From Lytechinus pictus (taxonomy: Eukaryota), in NCBI RefSeq assembly GCF_037042905.1, contig NC_087263.1, positions 11,472,001-11,536,000 of the forward strand: a DNA stretch of 64,000 nt, given 5' to 3'. Shown here one piece after another: positions 1 through 12,392 of this stretch (position 1 is the first letter of the stretch; every line of letters begins with the position of its first letter). The notes beneath the pieces are model-generated. The model worked only from the letters and a program-made list of their open reading frames with translations. It did no database searches and was not told the DNA's origin. A program made the translations under genes and the position numbers.

Positions 1-343
1 GCAATTTTGTTCCTCCGTTATGATTACTTACTTTAAATGAAGTAACGGGACTTGCCTCTAAACAAGCAATGTTTATTTTACTTTTGTCATATTCTAGTAG
101 GATCCATGGTTTTGATGGGTTTGAATCGTAAACATGATGTAGGCCCAATTTCCAGCAAGAAATTGATCTACAATGTGCTGCGCTCAGACCAGGTGAGGTA
201 AATAGACACCGACGGGAAGTAATAAAAAAAAATCTGAGCACCGAAATCGGTAGCCTGGCTTACCCGGGGTAATCCCGGAGCGTCTTGAGCAAGGTGGATA
301 TGAGGAATATGGATACATGTATTAAATACTAAACATTATCCTG

Positions 344-500
344 GGCTCCGTAACACAAAGGTTTGCAATCAATCGCTACATACTAATGACCAATCAAAAT
401 CATCGTTGCATGAGCACTCTGTTTGAAATAATGACAGGGAGCCAATCAGTGCAGTTCTTTCGTATTTGCAATTTATCACAAAACCTTGTGTTACGGAGCC
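344..500. mobile_element. Short MITE (PIF/Harbinger-like)
   Basis: TIRs GGCTCCGTAACACAAAGG / CCTTGTGTTACGGAGCC. Confidence 0.65.
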
Positions 501-1820
501 ATGGTCATCGGTAAACAAGTTTTGAAAACAGATTTCTCTCACCGTTTAAAGGCATCTTCTAGAGTAAACCTGGCTACTCCATTGACCAAGATATTCGTCT
601 TTGCCCTGCCAATATGTGACGTCACACCAAAGTAAATGCCGGGTACACAAGCAAGGAGTGAACAGAAAAGAATCGCGAATCGCTTGTAGTTAGGAGACAT
701 CCTTTCACCCAGTAAAGTCTAGAAAAAAAGGGGGTCAGCAAGAAGAAATTTGTACTTGTTGAGTTCCTTCTTAATATACAAATATGATGCCTGTGTAAAT
801 TAACGTTCCCAATGTGTTTTTCATATTGGCCCTTCTATCCCCCGAGGCATTGGCAGACGGTGATAGAAGGGCGCAGTTATGTAGTTAGGTAGTGATGATT
901 TCCACCGTTATCCAGAGACACCAACTCTCCCGCTTTCGGCGGCAGATCTCCCGCCGAAAGACCATTTTACCAAAATATTCCGTTCTCCCGCTTGAGATTT
1001 AATATCTCCCGCCCAGGCTCTGTTTCTCCCGCTTAAGATGGATTTTCTTCCCCTTAAAATGATCTTTCTCCTACCCAAACACGTTTTTAAAAACTGCAAT
1101 TGAATTTTCATATCCAAGCAGATTTCAAGGTAACTAGAGCGTCAAAGCTGTGCGCAATCTCGTTAATTTAGCGGGCGCGAGCTATCTAGATAGCATCATC
1201 CCTCCTACAGTATAGGCCCTCCTACGTTGCATATACCAAAGAATTGATAACATGACATGACATAAATTGATTACTATATATCATTAGAATTTAAAAAGTG
1301 AGGAAATTTCTACACTTTGGTTTTTAGGAATACCATGTGAAATAATTAGAGAAGCAGTAAAATTGCTGATAACCAACTTTAAGCAATCTTACTGACCGAA
1401 AATACGTAGCTAATTTCCTAACGAAATATATCTTTTTTTTTTTGCATTTTTAATATCGTTTTTGACATCCTTATAACGTTACATATACGTAACGTGCCCA
1501 CTCTTGAAAAGGAAATCCCTTTTCACACGTGGTCCCTCGAGCTCTGGGAGGAAGCAATGTGGCTCTGGAAGCTCGTCCTAAATCGGATATATCGCTGTTA
1601 CCATAGTAGCAACCAGAATTTTGCACACGAAACGCAGATTGAATGTGTCCGTTGCGGATGCGAAACGTGAAAAAAATCTCATGTCACAAAACTTGTATTG
1701 CAGGACAGTGTTTTACGACGAGCCCAAAAGTCTCTTCCAAAATCAATATACCGTCGTAAAGTCCGTCCGCGTGGCACTACGGAGCCCGAGAGGGGACATG
1801 CATGAACATTTTTTTTTTAA

Positions 1821-2121
1821 TAAGTCGTTCCCACCACTTATAAGTCGTTACCACCACTTATAAGTCGTTCCCACCACTTATAAGTCGTTCCCACCACTTA
1901 TAAGTCGTTCCCACCACTTATATAGTCGTTACCACCACTTATAAGTCGTTCCCACCACTTATAAGTCGTTCCCACCACTTATAAGTCGTTCCCACCACTT
2001 ATAAGTCGTTACCACCACTTATAAGTCGTTCCCACCACTTATAAGTCGTTCCCACCACTTATAAGTCGTTCCCACCACTTATAAGTCGTTCCCACCACTT
2101 ATAAGTCGTTCCCACCACTTA
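1821..2121 (+). repeat. 20-bp minisatellite TAAGTCGTT(C/A)CCACCACTTA, ~15 copies
   Basis: Direct reading; subterminal array of left foldback arm. Confidence 0.95.
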
Positions 2122-2559
2122 TTTATAACTACCACGTGATGGCATATAATTATGAAGAAGGGAGCAGTACGCCGCGCCCGCTAACTCCAGGAAGCTCCGA
2201 CGCCGACGCCGAAGCTCTCAAACCAAGCCTGGCGAAAATCATCGAAATCGATGGATATAGCGCCAACGTCAACAGACCCGGGTACCCAACATTATAACAA
2301 CAACAAGAAGAAGACCGGCAGGAAGTTGGTTGGATATTCGATATTCGATATTCAAACTGTGAAGTTGGTTTGATATTCAGGTTCGATATTCAAACGCGTG
2401 TGAAGTTGGACCAATATTCGATATTCGATATTCAAAAATTAGGGGTCTTGAAAGCTAACTAGGGGGTTAAACAGGTGCAGCACGTCTCGGGCAACCATAA
2501 CAACACTGTCACTGGCCTGCCCTAGTAAGAGGACATTCAGGGGACAAACGTCAGTGAAT

Positions 2560-3130
2560 AAAAGGGCAGAAAATTGTTATTTTTTTATTTTTCTTTTCGA
2601 GGGGCCCCCACATCCCGACGGCCTACCCAGGGCAACCATGTATCCTATCTTGTAGAAATCGACTCGGGCAATAAGATAAGCACTAGCTTGACCCGGCGCA
2701 TGCACATTTAGGGGGCTCAAATTAACAAAATTAAGGGGAATAAAGGGCTATTTATCGCATTTTTTCAATAATTTTTTTTTTCAAGGGGCCTCCAGGGATA
2801 TCCCGACGGCCTAGCAAGGGTAACCACGTATCCTATCTTCTAGAACAGGACTTGGGCGACAATATAAGCACTAACTTGACCCGGTGCATGCACATTTAGG
2901 GGGCTCAAATTAACAAAATTAAAGGGAATAAAGGGCTATTTATCGCATTTTTTCAATTAAAATAAACTATTTTTTCAAGAAGCCCCGAGGGATATCCCGA
3001 CGGCCTAGCCAGGGTTACCACGTATCCTAACATTTAGAACTGGACTCGGGCAACCAGATACACACTAGCTTGACCCAGCGCATGCACATTGGGGGGGGGG
3101 GGGTAAATTAACAAGGAATACGGGCTATTT
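2560..3130 (+). repeat. ~190-bp diverged tandem subrepeat, 3 copies, inside foldback element
   Basis: Recurrent CCCGACGGCCTA..GTATCCTA..CACTAGCTTGACCCGGCGCATGCACATT blocks. Confidence 0.85.
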
Positions 3131-5046
3131 CAAGCATGGGGAACCACGGTCCCCCCATCCGTTAGGGTTGCCGCCAATGGGTAGAGTAAAAAACAACAAA
3201 GAAAGAGAGAAGACAAAAATAAAAGAGAGAGAAGCGAAAGGGAGAGATAGGAAAGAAAAGGAGGGGGAAAGGGAGGGAAAGAGAATGGAGGGGTCATAAT
3301 ATTGTATGACCAGGATATTTTATGATTATGCCCTGAACATTAGGGCGAAGCTCAATGCGAGATTAGAACAAAAAAGATGGGGCACACCATGGCGCACGCA
3401 GCAAATACTTGCTTAATAATAAGTCTCGAGCGAGCGAAGTGAGCGAAAAAAAATCACCTGTAATTTTGAGATTGACATCATATCTTTCATCTTCCTTTTC
3501 TTTCTTTCGTTTTATTATTTCTTTTTTGTTCTCGGTTGTAGAACTTTTTTTTTTGGGGGGGGGGGCAGTGCTATGCGGTTCGGGTCCGGGGCAATGACGG
3601 CACCAGGGTTTGTAACCTAGGATGAGGCAAACAAACATTTTGGGGCCGGGGGATGACACACATTTTTAAAAAAATCGAGCGAGAGTTGCGAGTTAATTTT
3701 ATTTTATATGCAGTCCCTACTGAATGAAAAAGGGACCTGTTAAGGATCAGCTGTTTCCATTAATTGGGTTATGAAGATGATATCTCACCAAATAAATAGT
3801 GCGAGCGCGAAGCGCGAGCCGAAAATTTTTGATATCCGGGATGATACCTGGCCGTTCTAAGCTTTTTTTTAAATTATGAACTGAATGGCTATCTAATTCG
3901 CTGAAAATATATCATTTATGAAAATTATGAATTCGCAGGATAATGTATCTTGCTAAAACGAATAATGAAAACTCTAATAATATTGAATTTTAAGCCCCAT
4001 GTGAAAAGATGATCATTAATAACTGCGAGCGCGTAGCGCGAGCTACATTTTGAATTTTATATAATGGCCTGAAAGATTTATGTTAGTGACTAAAATTGTT
4101 GGGAGCTAAATGCTGTGACGGTGAATGGATGAGAAAATTGTTAAAATTTAAAGAACTAAAAACATTTTTGGAGAATTATATACATTTTTTTCCTTCAAAT
4201 TTCGGGGGGGGGGGCTCAATGGGGCCTCCCCATTCGGTGGCGCCATGCACTGGTCTGGGGCGGAGCCCCCGGATCCTCGTGATATTTTTAAACATTGCAG
4301 ATGGCCATTTTTTATCAAATCGCGGGTACATACACCACATATTATATTAAGTTCAACGCAATTGCGGATAATAAAGAAAATATGTTGAGGCAGCACACCA
4401 AAGCAAATGTGGAATAATTAATTTTGAAAAAGTAGCCAGCGAGCGAAGCAAGCCAGAAAATTGTGCATGCGCCGGGTCAAGCTAGTGTTTATCTGGTTGC
4501 CCGAGTCCAGTTCTACAAGATAGGATACATGGTTGCCCTGGGTAGGCCGTCGGGATGTGGGGGCCCCTCGAAAAGAAAAAGAAAAAAAATTAAATTTTCT
4601 GCCCTTTCATTCACTGACGTTTGTCCCCTGAATGTCCTCTTACTAGGGCAGGCCAGTGACAGTGTTGTTATGGTTGCCCGAGACGTGCTGCACCTGTTTA
4701 ACCCCCTAGTTAGCTTTCAAGACCCCTAATTTTTGAATATCGAATATCGAATATTGGTCCAACTTCACACGCGTTTGAATATCGAACCTGAATATCAAAC
4801 CAACTTCACAGTTTGAATATCGAATATCGAATATCCAACCAACTTCCTGCCGGTCTTCTTCTTGTTGTTGTTATAATGTTGGGTACCCGGGTCTGTTGAC
4901 GTTGGCGCTATATCCATCGATTTCGATGATTTTCGCCAGGCTTGGTTTGAGAGCTTCGGCGTCGGCGTCGGAGCTTCCTGGAGTTAGCGGGCGCGGCGTA
5001 CTGCTCCCTTCTTCATAATTATATGCCATCACGTGGTAGTTATAAA

Positions 5047-5446
5047 TAAGTGGTGGGAACGACTTATAAGTGGTGGGAACGACTTATAAGTGGTGGTAAC
5101 GACTTATAAGTGGTGGGAACGACTTATAAGTGGTGGGAACGACTTATAAGTGGTGGGAACGACTTATAAGTGGTGGTAACGACTTATAAGTGGTGGGAAC
5201 GACTTATAAGTGGTGGGAACGACTTATAAGTGGTGGGAACGACTTATAAGTGGTGGGAACGACTTATAAGTGGTGGTAACGACTTATAAGTGGTGGGAAC
5301 GACTTATAAGTGGTGGGAACGACTTATAAGTGGTGGGAACGACTTATAAGTGGTGGGAACGACTTATAAGTGGTGGGAACGACTTATAAGTGGTGGAAAC
5401 GACTTATAAGTGGTGGTAACGACTTATAAGTGGTGGGAACGACTTA
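5047..5446 (-). repeat. 20-bp minisatellite (inverted copy), 20 copies
   Basis: TAAGTGGTGG(G/T)AACGACTTA repeats. Confidence 0.95.
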
Positions 5447-7065
5447 TTAAAAAAAAATGTTCATGCATGTCCCCTCTCGGGCTCCGTAGTCCGTCCGCGT
5501 GGCACAGCGAAAAATGGGAAATTATTATTACATGTATTACACACCATGTTACGCATAGTGAAACAATATACAACGTGTCGCAAAAATAATGTTAATGGCA
5601 CTCTAAATGAATAATTTGTGAAACATAACGAAATCATATTGTATATGATCTTTATGATCGTAACGTATCATGTATTTCATACAACTGGCTTCAATCCATA
5701 CTGAACATGAAGATATCTGCCATCTTCCTCACTCATCATAAATTCTCTCAATCCAATTTTCGTGATTACTTTTAATGAAGGGCTATTACGTCTCCATTCA
5801 CTATTATTTTCACTTCCTTTTTTAGACTTTGGCCCACAACTTGCGGGCCCCGCATATTTGAAGTTAGAAATAATAAAGGTTTTAGAAAATTGGCATGATA
5901 TCTTCAATAAAACATTTTATTCTTAATGAAACAAAAAAAAAATAAAGATGACAATTATAAGTACTAAAAATGACTGAACATACATTTACTCTGATTGGTT
6001 CCTCGTCAGTCTACTGAGCAAAATGCGCATGCAACGATGATCTTGAATGGCCATTTCATTCAGGTATTGTGTATACGGGACCCATACCAGGGTCGATTCG
6101 TGACATGCAAGACCAAGGCATTTTATCTACAGAGCTCTTGTTATCTCAAATCACATAAATGAAATTCTTTATGCATTACAGGTAAAAAAGTGTGCAAGCG
6201 TCTATGAAAAAATAAAATTAATAATATTAATTACATTCGTCCGTCATGTCCGTATAGTGCGAATGCCGGGGTGATATAACATCCAAGGTGTCACGACCTG
6301 CGTTCCTGCGACGTTTTGTTCCGGTCTTGATATCTCAGAGGGCATATACGAATTATATTATTATTATCATTTATTTGACCAATATAAAAGTACATACACA
6401 TTACATTAGAATAAAACAAATTACAGTACATGAACATGCAAAGAAATGCGGGAACGGCATGTGGGTCAGGGGGCACAAAAGCGAAATCCATCACTGTTGC
6501 CCGAAGGCATGAGCCCCCACACATGCCGCTCCCAAGACATAAATAAAATATATAAATACTCTTACACAAAATATTGCACGTTAAAAAGGGAATACTGAAA
6601 AGGGTGCCAAAAAAATCAATTAGATAGTCTTGAGATTCATTTTAAAAAAAAATACCACTGCAAAATTGTGAAAAATATAACAGTAAAAAATTAACACCTC
6701 GGTGCTGAACAGTAAGATGAAAAGGGCATTCTAAATAAACTTGCAATAGAAATTGGAAATTAAAATATGTTTGATTAAGCAGATGAACTGGAGTTCGGAA
6801 AAAAAAAGAGAAGGGGGGTCGAATCCTTATCTAGAGCACTTTTTGACTTTTGGCCGGTCTACTAGTATAGTTAAAAGTCCAAAGTATAATGGAATTAACT
6901 TCGAAAACAGTAAAAACATTTTCAGGATATAACCACTTGATATATCATTACGATACATGTACAGTGAAAATACATGATAACATGATTAAAATCATCAGAT
7001 TTTTTATTGTAATAGAGTTTTTATATTCAGAACAGTTTCAAGATAAGGACCATGGCTTATTCTGT

Positions 7066-7645
7066 GTCCACCCCAACAAAAAATTGATTTGAGTAAAAAG
7101 GGAAAAATCCAACAAGCATAACACTGAAAATTTCGAAATTGCAAATCAGAAAGTAAGGACATTGTAAAGTTTTGCTTAATTTCACAAAACAGTTATATGC
7201 AACTCCTAGTAGGTATGCAAATGAGGAGACTGATGACGTCACTCATTCAATACTATCTTTTGTATCTTGTTATATGAAATATGAAATATTCTACAGTAAC
7301 TTTTCCACTCATTTTCAAGTGAAACAGCGATTAATTCCTTCCTGAACATGTGGAATTAGTATTGATTAATACTGTATTGTTCAGTCAAGTTGTTCCTTAT
7401 TGTCAAATCCGTAAAAAAAATATATATTCAAACGATAAAAAAAAGAAATAATGAGTGAAGGACATCATCGACTGTCTCATTTGCATATCACTGAGATTTG
7501 CATATAACTGTTTTGTGAAAAATAAGCGAAACTATAAAATGTCATAACTTCCTTTTTTTACATCCGATTTTGATAAAATTGTCAGCATTATGCTAGTTTG
7601 ATTTTTCTCTATTTGTTCAAATCAACATTTTTCTGGGGTGGATTG
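7066..7645. mobile_element. Kolobok-like MITE (same family as 48364-48963 and partial 58940-59176)
   Basis: GTCCACCCC.. / ..GGGGTGGA ends and long shared internal blocks (CAACAAGCATAACACTGAAAATTTC) with the other copies. Confidence 0.7.
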
Positions 7646-8439
7646 TGAATTTTCTGTTTTGCGTAAATGTACATTTTTTTCATCTGAGCGATATTGTCGC
7701 CGGAGCAAATATCATGGAACTAATCCTAAAATACAAAAACAGTGTTCTGTAGTCTACATTGATTTTTTATAGATGCTTCACAGTTGTACATGATCAGATC
7801 AACTTTTAAAAGGGAAGTTCACCTGAAAAATATACAGTAAAACTAGCAGAAAATTATCGAAATTATTGAAGAACGTTTGAAGGAAATCCATCAAAGAATT
7901 AAAAATATTATAATTATAATTTTGGTATTTGTACAACCATATTTGCGAGCAGCATCCCCATATATTGGGTAGTCAAAAATGTCCATTAATGCAATTTCTT
8001 TAAATATTAAAATGATTGTATTGTACATTCAGTTTATCAACAGACAAATCATTTCACAACCATCCATATCATATTTTCTTGTATTTTTACAGCGAACTTT
8101 TCTTCAGGATGAAATTCTCCTTCGGGGGGGGGGGGGGTGAGTTTGAAATCTCGCCATATTGACACGTCCAAGTAACTGAAAGGCAATTGACAGTGTATGA
8201 TATCCATCTCGCTGTGGCTTTGTAGTTTGTAACTGTAGTTTAATACCTGGGAATATGTTGGTGTACACTTGAAAGCCATACTTGTAACCGCCAGGAATTA
8301 AAATCGTATGTGAATCTCCTGGTTATATCTGTGATATAACAGCGGTTGGGTTAAAGTGTAGTGCCGCAGATTCATCTACTCTTCTTGGTATATAATACTA
8401 GTAATAATTGCAATAATGGTGGACTATATCCTTTAATAC

Positions 8440-8552
8440 GTCTACTACTACTATTACTACTACTACTACTACTACTGCTACTACTACTACTACTATTACT
8501 TCTACTACTCCTACTTCTACTACTACTACTTCTACTACTCCTACTTCTACTT

Positions 8553-8607
<55 letters not shown>

Positions 8608-8730
8608 TACTACTACTACTACTACTACTACTAGCTACTTCTACTACTACTACTACTACTTCTTCTTCTACTATTACTACTAATAACACTACTACAACTA
8701 TTACTACTACTACTACTAATAATAATAATA
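8440..8730. repeat. (CTA)n/(ACT)n microsatellite grading into (TAA)n, followed by GA-rich tract
   Basis: Direct reading. Confidence 0.95.
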
Positions 8731-9513
8731 AGAGTAGTAATTATAATAGAACGGTAGGAGGAGAAGAAGAAGGAGGAAGAGGAGGGGGAGAAGAAGACAA
8801 GAAGGAGGCGGGAGAAGAAGAAGACAAGAAGAAAGAGAAGAAGAAGAAGAGAGACTGAAGAAACAGAAGTACAAAAAAATAGGAAGATTATTATAAAGAA
8901 GAAGAGAAGGAAAACAAGTAGAACAGCAACAGCCATAACAATAAAAAATAATAATACAAAATAACATAATGATATGCTTACCATTCGCGAAGAACAGCCA
9001 TCATTATGTCTCTGCATGGGTATATAATATACGAGTATGATGTCCACATGCACCAACGGTGTTTGATCAGTTTATATGGCGACTGCTTTCTGCATTCTGA
9101 AGTGGGCACACGGTGCACAGTGCCCTCAGGAAAAAAAAACTTATATATATATATATATATATAGATCTAGTGAATAGTGGTGAAATACGAGCTGTGATTG
9201 GCTACATTGGTACCACGTGGCCTCCCTTCAAAAATGTATATTGTACATAATTATGTACAATATAATACGCGTGCGTGTATTTAACGCTCGGGTGATGAAA
9301 AAATAACAAACATGTAAATTGGGTTTAAAAAAACTGTACATATTTCTTTAAGAACAATTGAAAACCATTGAAAACTAAATGAAATTTAGTGGGAGCTTAA
9401 TAGGTTTCAAATTTATATTGTCTTGTGAAATAACTTAAGAAACCGTATAAAAATAATTTGGCTGGCGATATTTAACTTTATTAGAGATATTTATCGTTCA
9501 CAACCATTCATTG

Positions 9514-11125
9514 TTCATTTTCATTTTCATTTTCGTTTATTTCCATTTTCAACAAATACAGTTTATTTTGTACATTTTAACATATAAATAACAAAACATA
9601 TTTCAAGTATTCCTGTACAAAAAATTATATTCAAGATTATTACATATCAGGTCGGAAATGGAGGAGGATGCTAAAAAGCGGAGCTTGTAGAGTGCAGCCT
9701 CCTAATAAATATTATTGTAGTTGCATAGCGTATAAAAATCAAAATAACAACTTGAGCATGAACCAGTTAAATTAAAAGGAAATAGGGGAAATTAAAATGG
9801 AAAAGGAAATAAGAAAAAGAGAGATTAAAGTCTCCAGAATCCAGCCCCAGCACTCACAGACGGACCTCGTTGATCAACAGGAAAACGAAAGAGATGGAAA
9901 AGCATACGTGACATGATAATCATGTTTGATTAAAAAAAAAATACAAGAGTTTGAGTGATGAAGAGTTAAATTCAATGGTTATCTTGGAGAATTTTTTTGA
10001 ACTTATATTTGAAAGAATTAAGGCTTGGTGATTCTTTGATGTTTTTATCAATAGTTCCCCAGAGTCTAGGGCCTTCAAAAGTAAAAATTGATTTTGCAAG
10101 GATGGTCCGGGGTAGTGGTAAATGGAATTCATCTGATTGACGTGTGGGATATTTGTGAAGAGTTTTGTTTTTGTTAAATGAAGAATTAAATATGAATGGT
10201 AACATATTATTGTTTAACTGATACATGAATTGACCTAAGTTATATTGGTACAGTGTTTTTATTTTTTAGAATGTTATTGTTAAAAAACAACTCATCCGTG
10301 TGAGATCTCCAGGACAAGTTGAAAATAACACGCAATGCCTTCTTTTGTAAAAGTAATATTCTATCAAGGTATATAGGTTGAGTGTGTATTTCCCCAAACG
10401 ATTGCTCCATAATTTAAATATGGTAAAATTAATGTTGAATAAAGCATTTTAAGGGAGGAAGTTGGAAGAAAAAACTTAACTTTGTTGATAACACCAATAT
10501 TGCGTGAAATTGTACGACATATAAAGTCTATGTGTGTTTTCCAAGATAATTTGTTGTCTATTATGAGACCTAAACATTTTGTTGTAGTAACAACTTCAAT
10601 GTCTTTATTGTCCAATTTGATAGTAAATGGCAATTGTTCTAAAGAATTGCTAAAAAGCATGCATTTCGTTTTTTGTACATTAATTGACAATTTGTTAGCC
10701 CTAATCCATTGTACCAATTTATCCAGTTCAGTGTTCAGTACATTTATTAAAATATCGGGGTAAGGATGAGAGAAGAGTACATTTGAATCATCTGCAAAAA
10801 TGACATAAGATATTATTTCAGAGGAGTTCTGGATGTCATTTATATAGATTATAAATAAAAGAGGGCCCAGGAGGCTGCCTTGGGGAACACCCCAGTTAAC
10901 ATTTTGTAGAGAAGAATTTTGTTCATTTATGCTTACGAATTGTTTACGATTTACGAGGTAGTTTCTGAACCACTCCAAGGCCTTCCCACGAACTCCGTAA
11001 TTTTCAAGTCTGTAGAGCAGTATTTCATGATTTATAGTGTCAAAGGCCTTGGAGAGGTCCAGAAAAACACCTATTGTATGTTCAAAGTTGTCAATAGCTT
11101 TTGTGATTTTGTCAATAAATGAGAA
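9514..11125 (-). mobile_element. 5'-truncated CR1/L2-group LINE, RT and C-terminal region with a frameshift near 10364
   Basis: GVFLDLSKAFDTINH, GVPQGSLLGP, FADDS, CLGLIID motifs; 3' tail AATAAA + (AAAATG)n on minus strand. Confidence 0.9.
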
Positions 11126-12047
11126 AGTGGCAAAAGCATTCTATTTTGAATAAATAGTACTGGAAATAATCTTGGACGTCTATGTTGTACACATTGAAAC
11201 TAATATAAATCCGTTTGTTCTCTGCTTTGACCCTATAAGGACTGGGGGCCATGACGCCTCCTCCCCCTCTCTCAACGCTTCGCACGATATTTCAGAAACG
11301 CAAATAGATAGCGCCGCAAAATTGGTTTACGTTTTTCTTTGTTAAATATGCAAATAATGTGTTTCACGAATAAATTTGCATATTTTATTCATATTAAATA
11401 GAAAAAAAAATCGTTTTAAGACAATTTTTTTATAATGGCTTTTAGTGTATGTGGTAAAGAATGTGCGAGCCAAATTTCGGCGCGATCGCGCGAACGGCGG
11501 CCGAGATTAGAAGGGGGCATCATGCCCCCCCCCCCCCGGCCCATCCTCAATACATCTCAAATATAGGTGTCCTTTCAGGGTTAAATTATCGCTTGAGACA
11601 CTCATACACACCAAATTTCACTTAAAATATTTTTTTTTCCATTTTCTATGTGTTATTCATCTTGCTGCAAATATTTACCGTTCTCTTCCCAAAGGCATGT
11701 AATCATATATAACATTAATTCATATCAAATACTTGCATATACTGTAACAAAGAAGTTCCATTCAAGTGATTTATGCAATATACCGCCCGTAGATAATTAT
11801 GATAGAGCAAAGGACAGATATCTGGCCAATATTGAAGAGCTACTTTTGGGTTTTTTCCTCATTGAAATATCTTAATATTCAAACTTTCTGATGCTTTTAA
11901 AACAAATTAAGAGAAAATGTCAGTAGGTATGTGATATAAACAACTATAAAATTCAGTCAAATCAACACGCCCCCACGTTTCTGCAAGAAGAGTAGTTTCA
12001 GAACAGATGTTAAAATTTGAAGCACTTTGTTAAACCCTCATTTAACT

Positions 12048-12392
12048 GGGGGCCGTTTCATAAAGCTGTTCGTAAGTTAAGAGCGACTTTAAGAACGACT
12101 GGGGATCCTTTCTTACGCGCTAAACCATCGCCAATGAATCTACTGTTTACCACAAGAAATGATCACCAGTCGTTCTTAAAGTCGCTCTTAACTTACGAAC
12201 AGCTTTATGAAACCGCACCAGGTGGGTGTTTCATAAAGCTGTTCGTAAGATAAGAGCGACTTTAAGAACGACTGGTATCCTTTTTTGTGGTAAACGGTAT
12301 ATTCATTGGCGATGGTTTATCGCGTAAGAAAGGTTCACCAGTCGTTCTTAAAGTCGCTCTTAACTTACGAACAGCTTTATGAAACGGCCCCC
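12048..12392. mobile_element. Two abutting copies of a ~170-bp palindromic Harbinger-like MITE (third copy 17036-17192)
   Basis: Long TIR GTTTCATAAAGCTGTTCGTAAGTTAAGAGCGACTTTAAGAACGACTGG in each copy; CTG/CAG flanks. Confidence 0.85.

Larger units (their letters stand above)
1778..5488. mobile_element. Non-autonomous foldback-type DNA transposon, TACGG...CCGTA termini (IS3EU-like ends), ~1-kb inverted arms
   Basis: Left arm 1778-2706 is the reverse complement of right arm 4462-5488; flanked by exact direct repeat GTCCGTCCGCGTGGCAC (1761-1777, 5489-5505). Confidence 0.9.

Noticed and set aside
1..800. Possible exon(s) of a neighbouring gene
   Set aside because: Isolated donor-like motifs but no reading frame or homology I can support.
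1821..2121. CRISPR-like regular short repeats
   Set aside because: Units are contiguous with no unique spacers; eukaryotic context; no cas genes.
8361..9056. Poly-Leu/Ser/Thr ORFs
   Set aside because: Translations of the (CTA)n microsatellite with no splice or homology support.
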